DNA of 63,562 nucleotides, counting the filler, from Perkinsus chesapeaki ATCC PRA-425 (taxonomy: Eukaryota > Protista > Perkinsozoa), in the NCBI GenBank assembly GCA_013115145.1. It is 12 parts of 12 records of this genome, joined end to end, with 100 filler letters (N's around TTAATTAATTAA, not from the genome) between each part and the next. Parts side by side here need not be neighbours in the genome. Positions count along the whole stretch, not along the records: positions 11,979 to 43,818 come from JAAPAO010000411.1; positions 43,919 to 50,804 come from JAAPAO010001058.1; 10 more parts are not named here. One strand, written 5' to 3'. Below, piece by piece: positions 36,403 to 47,314 of this stretch. A program made the translations under genes and the position numbers. Within the stretch, counting starts at the first letter, position 1. The number at the start of each line of letters is the position of its first letter. The notes under the pieces are model-generated. The model was not told the origin of the DNA. It did no database searches and saw nothing but the letters and a program-made list of their open reading frames with translations.

Positions 36403-36915
36403 ATTCAGTTCAAAGTAATAAAATAAGAGACGTCACTGACTGAATAACTGAACAACAGTGTTTATTTACAGCCTTGATTTACGCTAGGATCGCCCCTGTG
36501 TCGCAGCCACGATGACACAGGTTCTGTCCCCGTACTGGCTAGTCGGCACCTTCTTTAGCGGTGCAACAGCAGCAGGGCTCTCGAAGCTCAGAGATCACTA
36601 GAAATTGACTCTTTGTCGAGTAGCGTATCTCTGAGTAAAGGCGAAAATGGTATCCTTACTGCGAGGCACATTATCTCCAGCTTAGTGAGCAAGTCTCGGA
36701 TAAACGATGCGTGCCGTGTAGAGTGCTTGCACAGGATCTGTCTCTCATTTTTTGTGACCGTGCTTTGGCAGTTCTAGCTCCAACTGCATCTCTAGAGTAT
36801 CCATGCTATCTAAATACGGACTAGTTCCCGATAAAAAATGTACAGGGATCGTTCTGGGTGGAACTATGTGCGAATTTGCAGGTTTTGAGTGTTTTTGTTT
36901 GAGGCCTTCTCCACA

Positions 36916-38526
36916 ATGTTTCATCGGAAAGCAGTAAGTTCCGAAAGTGTCGATGATCCCAGGAAGCCTCTGGTGTGGACGGATCCTTCTGGCAACACGT
37001 ACCATTACTTCGAGCGCCCCTTCTTCAAGGCCACGATCTTCGTTCTCACGATGGAAATGTGTGAACGTCTGGCTTTCACGGGTCTCCTTCCCAATTTGAA
37101 GAACTTCCTCAACGAGTTTCTTCATTACGACGATAGTACTGCCTACTCGTATATAAGTGACTTCCAGGCAATTATGTACTTCACCCCTCTCATCGGTGCT
37201 GCCATCGCTGATACGCTTCTGGGCTTGTACAAGACCATCATAATATTCGCTGCCATTTACATGGTTGGTTTGGTATTCGTTGTGCTTGCCGCAGTTCCTT
37301 CTATATCCGAGCCGTGGATGGTTCATTTGGGCCTGATGGCTCTTATTGGTCTCGGAAGTGGTGGAATTAAAAGTTGCGTTAATGTGATGGGTGCCCAGCA
37401 GTTTCATCCGGAGTTGCATAAGTCTGATATCACCAGATATTACACGTACTTCTACGCTTCTATTCAAATTGGTTCTATCATTGGTGGTATTGTTACTCCC
37501 TTCGTAGTGGAGGGTGTCTCCTACTTTGCTGCCTTCTGCATTCCGCTAGCGGCTTTCGTCGTTGGTTTCGCGATATTCCTTTTCGCCAGCTTCAATGGTC
37601 GCTATGTCAAACCGAAGCCGCAAGGGTCAGCTGTTATCCAGGTGGCCGAGGTTATCGGATCTGCGTCGATGAAGTGCTCCCTGGAGAAATGCAAAAAGTC
37701 ACATGGTGGTAAATATGAAGATGGTTTCATAGAAGATGCTAAGATGCTCTTCCGTCTCATACCACTTTTCTGTCTTATTATCCCTTTTATGATCGCTTAT
37801 CAGCAGATGACAACTGCATGGGTTACTCAGGGTTCTAAAATGGACCGTGACACGTTTGGTTGGGATATCCCAGTGCCACTAATGCAGAATGTTGACCCCA
37901 TCGCCGTTGCTTTGACTTCTGTAGTTGTAGATGGTGCCTTATATCCGGCCTTACGCCGATGGGGCCTTATGCCTTCTCCTTTAGTTCGCTGTGCTATAGG
38001 CTCATTCTCAGGAGCGGTTGCATTGGTCTGTTCCTTGATCGTGGAATACGTGGTCATGGCCAATCCCGTCTTCACCGTCTCTATCTGGTGGCAGGTGCTA
38101 CAATACTGGTTCATCGCTGTGGGTGAGATTTTCTTAGTGTCAACTTCCTATGAGATTGCCTTCACAAACTCCCCTTCCTCTCTGAAGGCCGTTGCCTCTG
38201 CTATCAACCTGTTATTCTTCTCTATTGCCGGGTTAATTTCTGGTGCATTATTCAATGCCTGTTCGTCTTGGATGCCGACCTTTGATCCTTCCAATCCGAC
38301 AGAGGCTACTGTGAAAGGTGCTCACTATGACTACTTCTTCATTCTGCTTGCCTGTATCTCCGCTATTGGTGGCGTATGTGCCCTGTGCTTAATACCATAT
38401 TATAACAAGGTATCACGGGAGAACCAGGCCCACCTGGAGGAGGAAGAGGAAGCAGTCAGCTCTAAAAAGAGCAGTGAAGAGCTCTCCATGAAGGAGTCTA
38501 TCGACACCGAGCCCTCGAATGTATGA
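36916..38526 (+). CDS. POT/PTR2-family oligopeptide transporter, paralog
   Basis: MEMCERLAFTG, LGSGGIKSCVNVMGAQQF and YWFIAVGEI. Intronless and divergent from its paralog. Confidence 0.95.
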   Translation: MFHRKAVSSESVDDPRKPLVWTDPSGNTYHYFERPFFKATIFVLTMEMCERLAFTGLLPNLKNFLNEFLHYDDSTAYSYISDFQAIMYFTPLIGAAIADTLLGLYKTIIIFAAIYMVGLVFVVLAAVPSISEPWMVHLGLMALIGLGSGGIKSCVNVMGAQQFHPELHKSDITRYYTYFYASIQIGSIIGGIVTPFVVEGVSYFAAFCIPLAAFVVGFAIFLFASFNGRYVKPKPQGSAVIQVAEVIGSASMKCSLEKCKKSHGGKYEDGFIEDAKMLFRLIPLFCLIIPFMIAYQQMTTAWVTQGSKMDRDTFGWDIPVPLMQNVDPIAVALTSVVVDGALYPALRRWGLMPSPLVRCAIGSFSGAVALVCSLIVEYVVMANPVFTVSIWWQVLQYWFIAVGEIFLVSTSYEIAFTNSPSSLKAVASAINLLFFSIAGLISGALFNACSSWMPTFDPSNPTEATVKGAHYDYFFILLACISAIGGVCALCLIPYYNKVSRENQAHLEEEEEAVSSKKSSEELSMKESIDTEPSNV

Positions 38527-39202
38527 ACCATCGATCGTGCTCCTCCTTTGTAATGTAACATATCCTTGATCGTTTAGTTTTCGTTCAACCTGTTGTCTCA
38601 AGCGCATCACTCGCGTTTTTGCTGTACCGACTTCCCTTTATGCTTAAATATGTGCTGACCTCTTAAGTGTCAGTCATGTGATGTGTGTGCCTGTAGGAAT
38701 GTTAATGTGAATAGTTTGGCCCAAGGCTGTATGAGAGCGTTTGGCCTCAACCAATTATAACACTTTGTTATATCCAATTTCGTTACTATTATCTACGTCT
38801 TAGTCTCCTTTGATCTAGTTGTTTAATTTGAATCATTGGAGCATCGTTTGCTCATCTCTAATTGCCTTTTTTTCTTGTCTACCACTCTGGCTATTTCAGC
38901 ATGGGTGTTTGTTGCGTTTCTCATTATGTGGTGAATTCACTGTACGAGACGTACGCAGATATTGTCGAGAGAATCCTCCTGGGGGGGCGTCTCCATTCCT
39001 ATTAACTATCTCGGAACATCGCAATAGGCTTTCCGCGTCGCATGGGCTGTTGTAGATGTAGGCCTCGACAATTCGAGATATGACTTCTAATAAGCAACAG
39101 GATAACAGTGAAACCAGAAAAGTAGATCACGAATGAGTTGTACCCTTCGTGGAGCCGCCAAGGTAAAGAGCTTAGCAAATTGTATGGGCAACTAGACCTC
39201 CA

Positions 39203-40261
39203 TTAGGATTCAAGTGCAAGCACTGTCCCCCTTCGAGATCCATTGCGTTTCTCGCTCACTAATAATATGTACCATTCTTCTGTAACCTTTATATCGACCA
39301 ACCACGATGTCCTCATATAGTCGACTTTATAGGAAGATACACAGTAGAGATTCTCAAGGTCAAAGATGACGATATCATAGTCAGAAAAAGTTGAGCGTAA
39401 ATTCACGCAGTGCGTTTGGCGCAAAGTTAAAATGATATAGTCGTCACAGTTGGGTATAAAGTGGCACTTTTCAATCCGCGGCATATCGATTGCAACTTCA
39501 TCTTCATCTATAGTTCCCAGAGATGATATTCGCAGAATGCCGTCCGTGTACGTCTTGTCGCTCCAGAAGACATAGGCCACCCGTGTTTCAGCCAGCCGCT
39601 CCATCGAAGCCGATACGTCGATGCTCATCACTGGTTGTCTGAAGCGAGCTTCTTGATAGCAACATGATAGGCTTTTTGAAAGGACTCGAAGATCCTGGTC
39701 GTTGTGTTTCAGTACAAATAGGTAACCACCGGAGCTGATTAGCTCTCCGACGGGAAAGTCGACAAGTTGAAAGCTTGCGACAAGATCACACGCTGACAAC
39801 GAAAACGATAAAATCTCGGTGGAACCAAGGGCGGCGGTATAAAGGGTATCTTCTATACGGCAGAATACCAACGGGAAGATTTCCCTGTTCAAGAGCGTGC
39901 AACCAGAGGCATTTCGTCGGCTAGATTTGTACAGTTCTGTGATGCTTGCTGAAGTAACGTAGAGGGTTTCAGGCGGAACCTCCCCCTCTCTAGCGTGGAC
40001 GAACAGCAAACGACCAGGACCACCACCAAGGATATTGTGACATCTCAACATACTTCCATCAGATTCAAAATCTGGTAGCTCCGTGAGCCCGATCGCCTTC
40101 ACGCTCGTTGGTAAGTAAGGTTTTGCCATCCACCAGATCAAACGTTTGAGTTCGTCCAGTATCAGAGCTGAACCAAGTAAATACAACGCCAGTGTCCCTC
40201 GATCGTGACATCTACCTGCCGGAGAGAGTATGCTGGTCATCAAAAAGAAGCTATACAACAT
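39203..40261 (-). CDS. Intronless hypothetical protein, F-box-like + beta-propeller-like
   Basis: 352-aa ORF with ILDELKRLIWWMAKP near the N-terminus and a beta-rich remainder. Confidence 0.6.
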   Translation of the reverse strand: MLYSFFLMTSILSPAGRCHDRGTLALYLLGSALILDELKRLIWWMAKPYLPTSVKAIGLTELPDFESDGSMLRCHNILGGGPGRLLFVHAREGEVPPETLYVTSASITELYKSSRRNASGCTLLNREIFPLVFCRIEDTLYTAALGSTEILSFSLSACDLVASFQLVDFPVGELISSGGYLFVLKHNDQDLRVLSKSLSCCYQEARFRQPVMSIDVSASMERLAETRVAYVFWSDKTYTDGILRISSLGTIDEDEVAIDMPRIEKCHFIPNCDDYIILTLRQTHCVNLRSTFSDYDIVIFDLENLYCVSSYKVDYMRTSWLVDIKVTEEWYILLVSEKRNGSRRGTVLALES

Positions 40262-40649
40262 TCAATGGTGGTCATTACCACTGGCAATTGATATCTGCAT
40301 CCTTCAACACAACAGAGCAGTGGTGCGATGAAAATGGCGAATTCATGATTGTCATGCCTTTTAGCATTACATAGATGACGAATAAAATAAAGCGCGATTC
40401 GAGTAAAGAAAGAATGATCACTCTCTCTACTCTGCTGTGATTAAGCGATGAGTGATTGACGAGACGAGATGATTGTCCGAGACTACGAATACGAAAACTA
40501 GTATAATATATAGTATCAGTTTCAAGCAACCGCAATAGAAGGATATACGTGTGAATGATGATGAAAGTTCGGTTATGTACTGATTAATATAACAATACTA
40601 TAAAATGAACTTTGAGTGATATGCAGTGAAATAAGCTACTCGAGTTTTA

Positions 40650-42645
40650 CTAACAACCGTTACTCAAGCACTGATGCATGTCATTAGGTATCATAGAATA
40701 TGGCAAGAAATCATAGTGATATATTCCTTGCGACTTCATAGCAAGCTTGCTTTTAATTGCTCTAAGGAAACTATTGAAGGGAGCGGAATCCCAAGTGCCG
40801 AACTCATGGTTATATCCGCATTTGCCGGAGTTCAGAGGATAAACACATTCGTCGGTTTGATGCTGCATCGACCACATGAGATGCGCTCGGCTTTGATGCT
40901 CACGATGAGCTGCTTGGACCTTCTTGTCGACTGCCTCGTTCACTATATAATCAACCATTTTGGAATAATCATTCTCGTAGACAAGGAATCGTGAGTCGGA
41001 CGTTTGGTCAATGTAAGGGGTTGGGCGGAAGAAGTCATACCTGAACAGGTTGTAAGTCTATCGAGCCACAGGTTACAGAAATATACATTTCAAGGTAGAA
41101 GTTGTCAATCCAAGGCCACTCCTCGAATCTTCCAATTTGGTCGAAGCCAATGGCGACACCAACTTCGAAATTGGTGCCATCTTTAAAGTCTGATGCTCCA
41201 TTGGGGTCCCAGAACAGGTCGTACTCGGCAGGTAGGTGTTTCATTTCCTCATAGTCGACGGTAATCTGATACGATAACAGTCAGCTCGGTCAAGAAGGTT
41301 GCCTGTCACTCCCGAAAACTTGATAGACGATAACTGGGTGTTGTACTCCTCCAACAGGTGAAAGACGCCGGACATGACTTTGCCTTTTGTCGGTGCGATG
41401 CTCAGCCAGCCTTCTCTAGACACCGAATCAAATACGTAAGGAAGCATGTAGATCTCGCCTGATAACTACAGATGAACAGCCAGTAGACGAAAACCACCTT
41501 ACGGACGCTAGTTTGCCCGAGCTTAGTGAGCAGTTCCTTGTAGATAATGCTCTGAGTAACATCACCGTCCGGGTACCTAGAAGCATCTTCTAGAATCTCC
41601 GCTGTACTCGGCGGCGGCGGCTTACCAAAGTTTGCCGCTCGATGAAGCGCCCGGAGGAAATTGAGGATGAAGCACTCTAAGAATGAGCTTGGTGACTCTC
41701 ATGTATGCGCAATTGGTGGTTAGCAGACGGAACAAACGTTGGTAGTATCTACTCAAAGAGCGAGTCCGTTTAACATGGTCGATGAGGCTACTGAGTCCAT
41801 TGAGCTTCCGTATACAGGCCAGAAGGCCATTCTGTCCACCAGAAAACATCTTCTTCACCGTCGGGTGCATCACCTTCGCATCCAGGCCGAGGGTTGGCTG
41901 AAGCAGTCTTAATGCCCAAGAGTCAAGAATAATTTACCTCCATTGTTGGGAGCAGACGTAGTCCGTATAACATTCCTAGTGGTTTTCGGACGAGTCTCTG
42001 AGGATGCTGATGCGGAGGGATTATAATAGCCTAACAACCGCGCGAGTAAGCTCCTTATTTTAATACTGTCACTCACCCGTAGTGCATTCTTGACTGGGAC
42101 GACAGAGTTGGCCGCCATGCTTGCACGTTGGTGGATCCATCGACAGTTTGCAGTATGTGACAACACCGGGGTTGAGCTCCCGGCAATACGAGTCGCAGCC
42201 GGTGAGTCCATCTGCAGCTTGAACTCTCGCATCTACGGGCTCCTCTGAAGGAAACAAATAATCCGTCTATGCGGACTCGGAATTCCACCTTGTACTGACG
42301 ACTTCACGGGAGCAGTCACAGGATCAGACGCGCCGGATCCTTCAACCGCACCTGCCAAGGAACAACAAGTCAAACAACAGGCTTGAGTCGGCGTACAGTC
42401 GACGCGAGGTACGCAAGGGTAGCTTGAGGGGAGTCCTCCACGACAGTAATACTGTTGGTTGTGATATCGACAGTATGAATCAACGCCAAAAATTTCACGA
42501 CAGTAACTGACAAAAAGGAGCCGTTCTGGGCAGGTGTTGCCGGAGCAGTGTCAACTTACTCGTGGCATTGATCGGCAACTTCAACAGCTGCAAACGACTG
42601 CGCAATAGGCAAGAGAGTGCCAAAAATACCGAGACGCAAGGTCAT
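40650..42645 (-). CDS. Secreted modular protein: signal peptide, two Cys-rich modules, large C-terminal domain
   Basis: MTLRLGIFGTLLPIAQSFAA signal, spliced CHDYCREIFGVDSYCRYHNQQYYCRGGLPSSYPC and CDSYCRELNPGVVTYCKLSMDPPTCKHGGQLC, then FWWTEWP..YYQRLFRLLTTNC..KLILRV and EWPWIDNFYL. Confidence 0.65.
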
Positions 42646-42733
42646 CCACCAACAGGTGATTCGCGGCAACTGTGGTTTGACAAATCTAATTGACGTATAC
42701 TCAACGCGGCGCCGGAAAGTGCTGGAGTAACGA

Positions 42734-43600
42734 CTAGACATCGGCTTCACGAAGTATCATGTCCATCAGTTCCTCATCATCATCGGAGAAGCGCTTGTTG
42801 CAGAGGGAATTTGATGGGCTCTGGGATACTAGGGGAGCCGGTGAACCTGAGAAAACTGGGATGTACTGAGAAGTCTGCTGGAGGACTTACTGTGAAATTG
42901 TACACTATCGGAGAAGCCATCTAAGGCAGAAGCCAACATTCTGTAAGCATCATCCACATCGCTTTGAATCTCGTCGATCGGCGGGTCATTCCGGACTTGG
43001 TCACTGCAGTTTCGGGACCTATTAAAGTCCCATCTGGCTGACTGAAAGGCTCTTGCTTACACTCCAGGAGAAGGAAATACTTCAGAGACAGTTGCCGATA
43101 TAGAGAGTAGCCTAGGAACCCAGAAATCGACTTGCAAACAACGAAGCTCTTACCTGGAGCTCAAATCAGCGGTGGTGTCGCAATAAGTACTCGCAGCCGC
43201 AACTTGCAGACGAGCAAAGCCGTCAATATCCTCTTCAGGCCAGTGAGAAAAGGTGCTCCTTACTCCCACGTCCATGCTTGACGTAGCATTGTTGGATGTA
43301 GCAATGCTAGAGTTCGGAGAATCCGCAATATCCCCGCTGCGAACCTGAGCATGAAACGGTAAGATTCCCAAAGATACGCCTCAAAGATACTCCCAAGATT
43401 CCTTTCGATCTCATGAACTGCGTGCGTTGCCTCCATAGCTACGTGTAATCGCTTTATCAGTGTACGGTGACAGTTTTGCCAAATGAGAACAGCAGCCGCT
43501 CTCCCTATCGAAGCCCTCTACCTGGTTGTTCCCTCCTATCACTTCCCCCTCCTCTATGGTATGCCCTCCGACTTCATCGCCTTGACTGAGTTGTTTCCGT
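42734..43600 (-). CDS. Hypothetical multi-exon protein
   Basis: Terminal exon ..KRFSDDDEELMDMILREADV* with plausible upstream exons. Confidence 0.35.
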
Positions 43601-43918
43601 ATTGAAACAAGCCGCCAGCCGGATAATAATGACCCAGAAGACCCCATCAATAACAATGCTCAGTCACCACGACAACACCACAAATGAAAATGCACTTTTC
43701 TTGCAACTGCATGAACACAGCGATTACGACCTGTACGTAGAGTATGGCATCGTCGCGCGCCGCCCGCAAAATCTCTGCGCGCGCCCTCAAAAACTCTTAA
43801 TCCACCCTCAAATTTCTANNNNNNNNNNNNNNNNNNNNNNNNNNNNNNNNNNNNNNNNNNNNTTAATTAATTAANNNNNNNNNNNNNNNNNNNNNNNNNN
43901 NNNNNNNNNNNNNNNNNN

Positions 43919-45128
43919 CGGTACCGGCGTGCGGCACGCGTGCGCCCGCGAAACGGCTGAGCGGCACTGCGGCTTGCCTCCGGGTTTATCAAGATGTTCA
44001 AAAGCTGGTAAGGACCATTCAGAGTATATCACTCTTAGATGGCACATGTCCCTCAAGGAGAGTAGTTCTAGGTTCTGGATCATGTTTACCCTTTACATGC
44101 TTCTTCCACGGATGCAGCATACGAGCGTCTCGCGGAATCTCTCGCCGAAGAAGTGCAAAAGTCGTCAGGCGTCGGCGCGGAGTATCTACGAAACACGCTT
44201 GACCCTGGGAGATATGGATATCCTAATATATTCTTAGATGACAATGGTCTTCGCGGTTCGCAGGTACAGCATAATTTCAGGCTGAACATTTCAAAGTGTA
44301 AAATCTTGCTGACCGTATAGGTACTCACGAATATCGTCGAAACCTTTAATAAGACCATGACGTACAGCTTGAATCGGAAAAAGTACGTTATTTCCAAGTT
44401 TGTAAGGAAAATTAGAAGTGTAGGACTGGTTACATAAGGGAGTAGCGAGATTACTATTTCGCACTTAGGTCTTAAAAACCGTGCCAAGGTTTGCACGAGG
44501 AAATTTCGTCATTCCGTCCGAGCCCATCGACGTCCGAGACTACGAATCGGACATGAAAGTCCGTGGCACGACCCTTTTTGAAAGCGGGGGATATAAGGAG
44601 GTATTCCAGTGAAGTGTAGATACCTAAGGTACAGTAGAAGATGTGCCTGATGTTTAGGTGTCCGATATCGTATCGATCATAACTCGTGCTGCAGAAGGGA
44701 AAACTAAACCCCCCCTGCTAAATAATAGAACAATCGGATACTTCATTGTCCCAACATCCGGCACCCTGGGGAGAAACCGGCGTCGTGACGACGAATCAAT
44801 CGAAAACTTCCTAAGGACGCTTCTGTGCGATGACTTCGATAATGTATTGCATATCAATGCGATTAGTAATATTTGTACCCATTCGTTGCTGCATTCAGGC
44901 GTTGAGGACTCTGCTGTGCTTCCGCTCGAAGCACTGATGAATCGTTGCTTCCCTTTCCACCTCGTCACATTCACCGAAGCTGTTGACAGTGATGCTGAGT
45001 CTGACGTTTCGGGAAGGTCAGAGATTGCACCTGCAGTGTGTATCTGTACTTGCAAGGAGAGCCGCGATTGGATCTTTTGCCAGCATTGCTACTGCGCCGA
45101 AATCGATCTGAATAGGAAACCCCGGTAG
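43919..45128 (+). mobile_element. Intron-containing MULE/Mutator-like transposase-derived gene with SWIM finger, 5'-truncated
   Basis: Spliced reading ..HASSTDAAYERLAESL..YLRNTL..GLRGSQ|VLTNIVETFNK (TNxxExFN motif at about 44321) and C-terminal CTCKESRDWIFCQH (SWIM CxCx8CxH). Confidence 0.55.
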
Positions 45129-45370
45129 TGAATAGCTGAATCGAACCGTTAGCTACTACCTTATTGTTTTAGATACCTGCGAGACGGCCGTCTCCTGCCC
45201 ACCGTTCGAACTGGGCCACAATCACGGTATCGAGGCAGGTTACACATATCAAATACTCCCAGACCGGCGAGACCTAGTAATATATACAATATATGAATAT
45301 AGATATACAATATATAAGTAAAAACTCTGGAAATTGAACGCATGAGTCCCGTTGAAAGCTCAAACGCCTT

Positions 45371-45949
45371 TTGATGGCGGGTACTGTACGTAATCAACAT
45401 TCTTCCCACTACCTTGATGGGCAAAATCATTTTCACGCTTCAGGCCGCGCAGGAGCAAGCCGAGTTGACCGGACCGATGACGATAATATTAGTGTCATAA
45501 GTGAAGCGGATCCCCCACCGGACAATGATACTACTGAGAGCATCATCAGTAACGCGGTTGTAGATCATTTACTCCCTGAGACCTGCTCCATAACTGACCC
45601 GTCATCAGGAAGTGGGGAAAGTATCGTTAGAACGGGATATTGCGAGAGCATATGCAGTGAAATATGTTCAATCGCAGCGACGGAGGTGTCTTACGTGTCT
45701 GATTGTCGTGAAGCTCTCTCGAACAGTGACTCGGAGTTGAACAAGAGTTCGAAATCTGCTGAAAGTGTAGTTAGTGTTTGCGACACGGTTCCAAGTGTGG
45801 TTTCATTCGCTGAGTGTCCGAGTCGCTATGAAAGTAGTACCAGCAGCAGTGCCAGTAGCGCGTCGGCATCTAGCCGGTATACGACTAGCTCATCGGACTC
45901 ACGTTCTATGAATAATGACTACGGTCGCAGTAAGAAAATGAGAAGCTGA
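45371..45949 (+). CDS. Ser-rich hypothetical ORF
   Basis: 192-codon open frame, low complexity. Confidence 0.35.
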   Translation: MMAGTVRNQHSSHYLDGQNHFHASGRAGASRVDRTDDDNISVISEADPPPDNDTTESIISNAVVDHLLPETCSITDPSSGSGESIVRTGYCESICSEICSIAATEVSYVSDCREALSNSDSELNKSSKSAESVVSVCDTVPSVVSFAECPSRYESSTSSSASSASASSRYTTSSSDSRSMNNDYGRSKKMRS

Positions 45950-46387
45950 CAATGCATGATTATCAGATATTCCTAATATGTACAGTTTCTGAATGATGGA
46001 GTAACTCCATTGGAGTTGAGTTCATGAGTCGTATAAGTAGTGCAGTACTTGTTTGAATTAAAGAGGATTTAAGTTGTAACAAACTTGTAAATGTTATGGT
46101 AAATAGACAAGATTAGCAAGATCCAGAATACAGTACTACAATAGCAAGGGACTATTGTGTTAGCAAGACTTTGTAGTATTAGCAATATTAACTAAGAATA
46201 ACAAGTTTATACTGGAATAGACCCAATACGCCTAAATACCCCCTACCGATACGCACTTTCAAAAACCATTGATTGACGAACACAACGAAAAAGATGTTGC
46301 CTTTACAGCAGGCCTAAGATAAGAAAGTCTGATATTCTCAGATTGAATCTATCTACAGAATAGAGAGCATCATGCTTGGAGGTGGTC

Positions 46388-47314
46388 TTAGCATGGTGTA
46401 AAAATAACATCGGGAGGAGTTGGCCCAGAATAGCTAGTAGTCCATTCCCCATAGCTCAGCGTCATCCTTTGCCTGACTGGATCCCAACTGAGAGCTTGGC
46501 CACGACTCCAGAAATATTCATACGAAGCTTCAATCATTTTCGGCATGAGATCCAGGAGACCATCAAGATGCTTGTCAAGCGACTTAGACACCGAAATTTT
46601 CATTGGAACCTCGTCGGTGTCCAACAGCCATTGTCCTACAAAGACCAGTTTACCATCGGCTCGAATGGAAAGCTCTTGAGAGAGTCCCACGCGCTGGGCG
46701 TTGATGACTAATGTACCATGAGGTTCGAGTTCCGCACAAAAATTCACGTTAGTGAATGAGGGCTGGCACGCATCGTAGGTCAATACCATTGGGCCATTGG
46801 AAGTATTGACTTGAATACCATGCCCGCTGCGGTAGCTCATAAGAATTAGATCTTCCGATTGTAGCCCCATTGCACCAGAGAAGTGTTCTATGAGGTAGTG
46901 CGTTGGCAACTGAACATTTGTACGCACAGTAGGCTCGGCGATACTTCCCTCGGGAACGGATACATAGCCGAGCCTATTCTCATCAACTGTAGCATATTCG
47001 CCGTTCGCTGATAAACCATACGCCTTGAAGCCTCCGATATCCACCGGTACTGGCGTTAGAGAGACCCTCTCAGGAGCGAAGTGCATAACTAGAGTAGGCA
47101 GACCATCACTGTTTGCTGAATATGAACAATACATACCACGCGGGCCATAGACCACTCCTTCAACCAGATAAACGCAGGGAATATGAATCTCATAGGAATA
47201 GTTTTCGAAAGAAAAGCTGCGAACTTGAAACGTAAATTTAAGTAGCTTCTCATTCTTAGAGGGCTGCATATTCGAGATCTTTGAGTAGAATCTTAGCAAA
47301 GAAGCTTTAGGCAT
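46388..47314 (-). CDS. Intronless hypothetical beta-rich protein (308 aa)
   Basis: Long ATG-to-stop ORF with composition similar to the 32452 and 39203 ORFs. Confidence 0.55.
   Translation of the reverse strand: MPKASLLRFYSKISNMQPSKNEKLLKFTFQVRSFSFENYSYEIHIPCVYLVEGVVYGPRGMYCSYSANSDGLPTLVMHFAPERVSLTPVPVDIGGFKAYGLSANGEYATVDENRLGYVSVPEGSIAEPTVRTNVQLPTHYLIEHFSGAMGLQSEDLILMSYRSGHGIQVNTSNGPMVLTYDACQPSFTNVNFCAELEPHGTLVINAQRVGLSQELSIRADGKLVFVGQWLLDTDEVPMKISVSKSLDKHLDGLLDLMPKMIEASYEYFWSRGQALSWDPVRQRMTLSYGEWTTSYSGPTPPDVIFTPC

Noticed and set aside
36745-37467. 240-aa minus-strand ORF
   Set aside because: Antisense to the well-supported POT transporter.
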